From contig JAVKHY010000005.1 in NCBI GenBank assembly GCA_031459765.1, forward strand, positions 4,577 through 68,576: a stretch of DNA of 64,000 bases, given 5' to 3'. Within the stretch, counting starts at the first letter, position 1. Each line of letters begins with the position of its first letter. Positions 58,951 to 64,000 of the stretch are shown here, piece by piece. Below the pieces are notes generated by a model, which worked only from the letters and a program-made list of their open reading frames with translations, was not told the origin of the DNA and did no database searches. The stretch is from Candidatus Kaftiobacterium secundum (GTDB taxonomy: Bacteria > Sysuimicrobiota > Sysuimicrobiia > Sysuimicrobiales > Kaftiobacteriaceae). The position numbers and the translations under genes are program-made.

Positions 58951-60180
58951 ATGCCGGACGACACGGCGGTAGCAGTTCGGCAGTACGTCCCGCCCTTCTC
59001 GCCCCTCCGGCACCGGAACTTCCGGCTGCTGTGGACGGGCCTGCTGGTCAGCAACACCGGGTCCTGGATGCAGTTCGTGGCCCTGGGCTACCTGGTGGAT
59101 CGCCTGACGGAGTCGCCGCTCTACCTCGGTGTGCTGGCCGCCGCCCAGGCCGTGCCGCGCATCGCCTTCTCCCTGCTGGGGGGTGCGATGGCCGACCGCA
59201 TCGACCGCCGCCGCCTGCTGTTTGCGACCAACCTCTTCCTCATGGTCAGCGCCTCGCTGCTGGCCGCACTGACCATCAGCGGCCAGATCCGCATCTGGCA
59301 GGTCCTGGCCATCGCCGCCGTCAACTCGCTGGCCCAGTCCTTCGACATGCCGGCGCGGCACTCCATGGTGCCGGCCCTGGTCGACGAGCGCGAGGTGCTG
59401 AGCGCGGTCAGCCTCAACTCCGTGGCCTTCAACGGCGCGGGCATCTTCGGCCCCTCCCTCGGCGGCCTGATCATCGCCTGGATCGGCGAAGGCGGGTGCT
59501 TCCTGCTCAACGCGGTGTCGTTCCTGGGGACGCTCGGCGCCCTGCTGCTGATGCGGGTCCCGCGGCAGGAAAGAGGCGGGCAGGTGCGTATCTCGGAGGA
59601 CCTGCGCGAGGGGTGGCGGCTGCTCCGGGAGCACCGGCACCTCCTGCTTTTCCTGGCCACCGTGGCGACCACGAGTTTCTTCGGTCGGCCGTACGTGCGC
59701 CTGCTGCCGACGTACGCCCGCGAAGTCCTGGGCGTGGGCGCCACCGCGCTGGGCCTGCTGCAGTCGGCGCCGGGCATCGGGACGGTCTTCTCGGCGCTGG
59801 TCGTGGGGCGGGCCTCGGCCCGTCGCGGGAAGGGGACGCTGCTGGGGACGGCGGTCCTGCTCTACGGCGTGCTGGTCACCGCCTTCGGGTTCGCCCGGTC
59901 GTTCCCGCTGGCCCTGGCCCTGCTGGTCCTGATGGGGATGATGCAGGCGATGGCGCTGGCCTCGGCCAACACGCTGGTGCAGCTGAACACGCCGTCCCAC
60001 GCCCGGGGACGCCTGATGGGGTTCTACAGTATGGTAGCCTTCGGCGGGATGGCCCTGGGCAGTCTCCCGGTGGGGGCGGTCGGCGACGTCGTCGGCGTGG
60101 GCCCGGCCCTCTCCGGGGGCGGAGTGATCCTGATCCTGTTGGCCCTGGTCTTCATTCCCCGTCTCCGGGCCTTCGAGTGA
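58951..60180 (+). CDS. MFS transporter
   Basis: 12-TM MFS topology. Motif A-like GGAMADRIDRRR lies between TM2 and TM3. Confidence 0.8.
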   Translation: MPDDTAVAVRQYVPPFSPLRHRNFRLLWTGLLVSNTGSWMQFVALGYLVDRLTESPLYLGVLAAAQAVPRIAFSLLGGAMADRIDRRRLLFATNLFLMVSASLLAALTISGQIRIWQVLAIAAVNSLAQSFDMPARHSMVPALVDEREVLSAVSLNSVAFNGAGIFGPSLGGLIIAWIGEGGCFLLNAVSFLGTLGALLLMRVPRQERGGQVRISEDLREGWRLLREHRHLLLFLATVATTSFFGRPYVRLLPTYAREVLGVGATALGLLQSAPGIGTVFSALVVGRASARRGKGTLLGTAVLLYGVLVTAFGFARSFPLALALLVLMGMMQAMALASANTLVQLNTPSHARGRLMGFYSMVAFGGMALGSLPVGAVGDVVGVGPALSGGGVILILLALVFIPRLRAFE

Positions 60181-60219
60181 CGGTCACGCCCCCACCTGCC
60201 CTCCGGGGCGGTTCATGCC

Positions 60220-61132
60220 TCATCGAGGGTACCGGCCGAACACCAGCGCGGCGTTGATCCCGCCGAAGCCGAACGAGTTGCTCAGGACGTAATCTACCCG
60301 CCGGGCGCGGCCTCCGCCCGGGATGTAGTCCAGGTCGCACTCCGGATCGGGCTCTTCTAGGTTGATCGTCGGCGGCAGGTACTCGTCCCGCAGCGCCAGC
60401 AGGCAGATCGCCGCCTCGATGGCGCCCGTCGCGCCCAGGGCGTGGCCGTGCATCGCCTTCGTGCCGCTTATCGGGATCCGATAGGCGCCCTCCCCGAAGA
60501 CGGCTTTGAGCGCCTTGGTCTCCGTGACGTCGTTCAGGGGCGTCGAGCTGCCGTGGGCGTTTATCCACGCCGCCGGCCAGCATCACGTCGGCATGCCCTT
60601 GGCGGATCGTGCGGAAGGCGGCGCCGATGGCGACGGCGCCGGAACTGCAGCTGTCGGAGTTGGCGCTGGTGGGGCCGGTGAGGCCCAGGTCGATGGCGAT
60701 GTTGCAGGCGGCCGCGCCGCTGAACACGGCCAGGGCCAGCGTCGGCCTGACCCGGCGCAATCCCTCCCTCAGGAACACCGCGTGCTGCTCCTCGGCGAAG
60801 GCGCCGCCGCCGAGGGCCGCGCCGATGAAACAGCCCACCTGGTCGCGGTCTTCGTCTTCGAGACGGAGTCCCGCGTCGTCCACGGCCTGGCGCGCCGCGG
60901 CCACCGCGAACTGCGCGAAGCGGTCCAGCCGGCGGGCGCGCCTGCCGTCCAGGTACCGGAGGGGGTCGAAGTCGCGCACCTCCGCGGCGATCTGCGACGA
61001 AAAGGCGCGGGCGTCGAAGCGGGTGATGCGGTCCACGGCGGAGTGGGCGGCACGCACCCCCAGGCGCAGCCCCTGTGCCCCTGAGCCGATGGGGGTCACC
61101 GCGCCGATCCCCGTGACCACGACCCTCCGCAT
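60220..61132 (-). pseudogene. fabF: 3-oxoacyl-ACP synthase II (FabF-type ketosynthase) with an internal deletion of roughly 120 codons and a frameshift
   Basis: The N-terminal 188 aa (61132..~60568) align to the KAS-II N-domain, including the active-site Cys (DSCSSG) and DVMLAGG. The C-terminal roughly 115 aa (~60567..60220) in a +1 frame align to INAHGSST...HGHALGATG...NSFGFGG. The segment between the AGGAE and YVNAHG equivalents is absent. Confidence 0.55.
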
Positions 61133-61137
61133 GCCGA

Positions 61138-61578
61138 TCACCTCCCCTCCAGGATCCGGGCCAGGCCGGCGAGCGTCCGGGCGGCGATCCAGTCGATGAA
61201 CACCGGGCCGACGAGGAGGTCGGAGACCACGCCCCCGAGGAGCGGCCAGGACAGGGCCAGATCGTGCACGATGGTGACGCGGGTACCCTCCGCAACCGGC
61301 TGCAATCGCCATTCCACGATCATGCCGCGGGTGATGCCGGCCACGTGCCGGAACACCATGCGCCCTTCCGCCGGCCGTGGTTCCAGACGGGCCGTCCAGC
61401 GGGCCGGCCGTCCGCGAATGCGGCCGCCCATCTCAAAGAGGACGAACTGCTCGCTCCGCTCCAGCACGCGGCACCAGCGATAGGCAGGATGCAGCGCTGG
61501 CCAGCGATCCACATCCGCGGCCAGGGCAAAGACCGCCGCGACCTGAGCCCGGATCAGCCCTTCATGCCGGGTGTGCAT
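61138..61578 (-). CDS. SRPBCC (START/Bet-v1-like; polyketide cyclase/dehydrase / Coq10-RatA-like) protein
   Basis: About 146-aa SRPBCC fold protein (VFRHVAGITRGMIVEWRL...). ATG at 61578. Confidence 0.6.
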   Translation of the reverse strand: MHTRHEGLIRAQVAAVFALAADVDRWPALHPAYRWCRVLERSEQFVLFEMGGRIRGRPARWTARLEPRPAEGRMVFRHVAGITRGMIVEWRLQPVAEGTRVTIVHDLALSWPLLGGVVSDLLVGPVFIDWIAARTLAGLARILEGR

Positions 61579-62743
61579 CGGTCCCCAGGAGCAGGCCGAG
61601 GAGGAAGCGGATGGAGAGGACGGCCCGCGGATCCAACACGTCGCCCGTGGCACCGAGCAATCGGCGGGCGGACTCCTGGTTCCCGGCCAGCCGGCGCACC
61701 AGCGCCGGCGCGGCGCGAGGATGGAGGGCCAGGGCACAGACGGTCTTCAGCAGGCGGATGCGCGGTCCGAACCATGCCGCCCGTTGGCGCTCGTAGCGGC
61801 GCAGGGCGGCGGCCGAACAGTCGCCCGAGCGCAGGGCGCGGTCGGCCGCCTCCGCGGCGAAGAGCGCCGAGCGCAGGGCAAAGGAGACGCCCTGACCGGT
61901 GAGCGGCTCCACCTGGCCGGCCGCGTCTCCGGCCAGTAACAGCCGGTCGGCGACGGCGGGATGGGCGGAGAAACCCAGCGGCCCCGCCACCCGGAAGGCG
62001 GATTCGCGGCGCCAGCCCCGGAGGGTCTCGGCCAGGACGGGGAGCCCGGCCAGGCCGAACGCGAACGCCTGCTCCGCCGACCGACGGTGGAAGATGCGTC
62101 GCGGCAGGGCCAGACAGGCGTTTGCCGTGCCGTCCCCGAAGCGGGCCACGCCGCCGTAGAGCCCCGGTCCCAGGTGCAATTCCCCCGCGGGCGGGCCCGG
62201 CACGCCCGAGAAGTATGCGCCGATCGCAAACCGGTCTCCGGCGGGCGCGCGCCGCCATCCGAGGCGCCGCGCGATCAGGGAGTGCATGCCGTCGCAGGCG
62301 ATCAACAGCCGCGCGCCCAGGGTCCGTCCGGAAGGCGTCTGCCGGACCGCGACACGGTCGCCGACGGTCACGGCATCCACCCGGAATCCCTCCACCACCT
62401 CCACCCCGCGGCGCTGCGCCCGGCGCAGCAGCGACAGATCGAGGTCTTCCCTGCGGATGAGGGCGCCGTACCCCGAAGGAAAGGCTCCCCGAAAGCAGGA
62501 GCCGTCCTGGGCGAAGACGCTCATCGAGGTGACGGCTCCCGCACCGTCCAGCACGGGCAGGGTCTCGGGGCCGTCGGTGAGCAGGCGGATCGCGCCCGGA
62601 TTGCAGTAGTCGCCGCAGGGCTTGGGCCGGGGGAAGAGGGCCCGGTCCACGAGCACGACCCGCCAGCCCAGTGCGGCGAGGTGCGCGGCCGCGGCGGACC
62701 CGGCCGGCCCCGCGCCCACGACAAGGACGTCGGCGTCCCTCAT
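61562..62743 (-). CDS. Geranylgeranyl-reductase-family FAD-dependent oxidoreductase
   Basis: N-terminal FAD motif DVLVVGAGPAGSAAA. The PKPCGD motif is characteristic of GGR/MenJ-like prenyl reductases. Confidence 0.7.
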   Translation of the reverse strand: MRDADVLVVGAGPAGSAAAAHLAALGWRVVLVDRALFPRPKPCGDYCNPGAIRLLTDGPETLPVLDGAGAVTSMSVFAQDGSCFRGAFPSGYGALIRREDLDLSLLRRAQRRGVEVVEGFRVDAVTVGDRVAVRQTPSGRTLGARLLIACDGMHSLIARRLGWRRAPAGDRFAIGAYFSGVPGPPAGELHLGPGLYGGVARFGDGTANACLALPRRIFHRRSAEQAFAFGLAGLPVLAETLRGWRRESAFRVAGPLGFSAHPAVADRLLLAGDAAGQVEPLTGQGVSFALRSALFAAEAADRALRSGDCSAAALRRYERQRAAWFGPRIRLLKTVCALALHPRAAPALVRRLAGNQESARRLLGATGDVLDPRAVLSIRFLLGLLLGTDAHPA

Positions 62744-63459
62744 GGACGGCTGTCAGCCGGCGGGCGGACAAGGGCCGCGCGGAATCCGCCGTGGCGCCGG
62801 ACGCGGGCCGAAAAAAGACCGGCGCGATCGAGGAGGTCACGCATCTCGGGAACGGTGAACGCCCGCAGGACGGAGACCGGCCCATCGTGGCGGGCCAGGC
62901 TGCTCCGCGCGAACAGTCGCGTGTCCAGCCACGCGCCGGCGTAACTGGCCCAGGACCGCACGACGTCGTGGATCACGAACGCCCCGCCGGCCACCCGGTC
63001 GACCTCCCGCAGGAGCCCGATGGCGTCGTCCTCGGCAAAGTGGTGGAGGGTCAGGCCGCAGTTCACGATGTCGAAGACGTCGTCACCGAAGGGCAGCCGC
63101 AGGGCGTCGGCCCGCACCAGCGCCACCGCGACGCCTTCCCGCTCCGTGCGTTCTCTGGCCCGGACGAGCACCGCGGGATTCACCTCCACCGCTACCACCC
63201 GCACCGCGATGCCGCGCCGCGCCGCCCAGGCCGTGATCGCCACGGGAATGTCCGCCCCGCCGGTGGCGACGTCCAGCACCCGCAGCGGCCGGCGGGGGAT
63301 TTGCCTGGCGAAGGCGTCGAGATAGTGCAGGACGAGCCGGAGGCCGCCGTAGCGAAAGTTCACCCGGCGCAGGTCAGAGAGCAGGGCGGCCAGCGCCCGG
63401 GGGTCCTGCCCGGGTGTGTCGAGGAACTCGCGGATCTCGCGGCGGGCCGGGGCCGGCAT
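62740..63459 (-). CDS. Class I SAM-dependent methyltransferase (UbiE/MenG-like pattern)
   Basis: Motif I VLDVATGGADIP, followed by the acidic-loop/motif II region (ADALRLPFGDDVFDIVNCGLTLHHF). Confidence 0.7.
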   Translation of the reverse strand: MPAPARREIREFLDTPGQDPRALAALLSDLRRVNFRYGGLRLVLHYLDAFARQIPRRPLRVLDVATGGADIPVAITAWAARRGIAVRVVAVEVNPAVLVRARERTEREGVAVALVRADALRLPFGDDVFDIVNCGLTLHHFAEDDAIGLLREVDRVAGGAFVIHDVVRSWASYAGAWLDTRLFARSSLARHDGPVSVLRAFTVPEMRDLLDRAGLFSARVRRHGGFRAALVRPPADSRP

Positions 63460-63483
63460 GGCTCTGCCACAGTTCTACGCACG

Positions 63484-63509
63484 AGGATGTGACGCTCCTG
63501 TCACATCCT
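63484..63509. promoter_or_regulatory. Perfect 10-bp inverted repeat AGGATGTGAC-N6-GTCACATCCT upstream of the methyltransferase-GGR-SRPBCC-KS module (operator candidate)
   Basis: Seen directly in sequence at 63484-63509. It lies 25 nt upstream of the methyltransferase start codon on the minus strand and contains TGTGA/TCACA half-sites. Confidence 0.4.
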
Positions 63510-63563
63510 GCGGCGTGGAGTCCGACCGGGGCTGTGATGCGGGGTCGGTGGGGTGGCGGGGCG

Positions 63564-64000
63564 TCAGGGAGCGCTGCCGGCGCGGAGGATGAGCAGCGCC
63601 GATCCCACCGGGCGCTCCGCCCCGTCCGAGGGTTCGTTCACGGTGCGGCCGCCGACGACCATCGTGGCCGAGCCGCCGCCGTCGAGGTTCATCGCCTCCC
63701 GCGCGCCCAGGCTGACCATCAACCGGGCCAGCTCGTCCAGCGTCATGCCCGTGTTCCGCCGGCTGCGACCGTCCACGGTGACAAAGATGAGTTTCCCCTG
63801 GGCCGTGATGCCCACGGCGGTTCGCGGAGCGCGCTGGGCGAAGAGCCGGAAGGGAAACCACTCCCAGAAGAAGGGGACGAAGACGCGGCCGTCTTTGACC
63901 AGCCGCGGGCCGCCGCCCAGGGCGCTGACCAGGTCCGCCTCCGGCCAGAGGGTGAACCGGACCGTGACCCGCTCGCCGATCGTGAGATGGCGGGTGAGCA
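63564..64000 (-). CDS. Phosphodiester glycosidase family protein (DUF2233/NAGPA-like), C-terminal part; continues past window end
   Basis: C-terminal motif LIFVTVDGRS...GMTLDELARLMVSLGAREAMNLDGGGS, typical of the exopolysaccharide-associated phosphodiester glycosidase family. Confidence 0.55.
   Translation of the reverse strand, partial: LTRHLTIGERVTVRFTLWPEADLVSALGGGPRLVKDGRVFVPFFWEWFPFRLFAQRAPRTAVGITAQGKLIFVTVDGRSRRNTGMTLDELARLMVSLGAREAMNLDGGGSATMVVGGRTVNEPSDGAERPVGSALLILRAGSAP

Noticed and set aside
63484-63509. CRP/FNR-type site (TGTGA-N6-TCACA) interpretation of the palindrome
   Set aside because: The half-sites TGTGA and TCACA are present but spaced by 8 nt, not 6. It is retained only as a generic inverted-repeat operator candidate.

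Overview
This is a high-GC (about 70%) bacterial chromosomal segment that is densely coding, mostly with 4-nt ATGA/GTGA stop/start overlaps. No rRNA, tRNA, CRISPR array, transposase or integrase was recognised by eye.

Window layout:
(1) Positions 1-15.8 kb form a long plus-strand gene string. It runs glgA, a GalT-like HIT transferase, lutABC, glcD-glcD-glcF-glcE, a GH57 enzyme, a GNAT-fused NDP-forming acyl-CoA synthetase (PatA-like), and a CBS protein.
(2) Positions 15.9-29.3 kb are a trehalose/glycogen/osmoadaptation block. A zinc-ribbon membrane protein is followed by a candidate structured leader RNA, then yihY-otsAB. A long minus-strand operon follows: smallORF-mscS-galE-glgB(GH57)-glgC-GH57-DUF-treT. 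Two independent trehalose synthesis routes (fused OtsA/OtsB and TreT) converge here.
(3) Positions 29.3-44 kb hold a PGI/PMI isomerase, a MalK-like ATPase, an SPFH protein, accC-accB-accA-accD, htrA, argS, an SLH S-layer-like protein, transaldolase/Fsa, rho and a LysM-M23 peptidase.
(4) Positions 44-54.7 kb show Bacillus-like conserved synteny: rpmE, tdk, DUF1385, prfA, prmC, tsaC, rpiB, upp, dCMP deaminase, phoD, then rplY(ctc)-pth.
(5) Two tandem membrane H+/Na+-pyrophosphatases differ at the K+-dependence determinant (GNTTAA versus GNTTKA).
(6) An MFS transporter is followed by a minus-strand module: methyltransferase, geranylgeranyl-reductase-like flavoprotein, SRPBCC/Coq10-like protein, and a FabF-type ketosynthase. 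The ketosynthase carries an internal deletion of roughly 120 codons plus a frameshift. A perfect 10-bp inverted repeat lies upstream of the module.

TATAAT boxes stand out against the GC-rich background. Several have a TGn extension, and two would give leaderless mRNAs. The Firmicutes-type synteny plus the SLH protein at this GC content suggests a Thermaerobacter-, Symbiobacterium- or Limnochorda-like lineage; this is inference.
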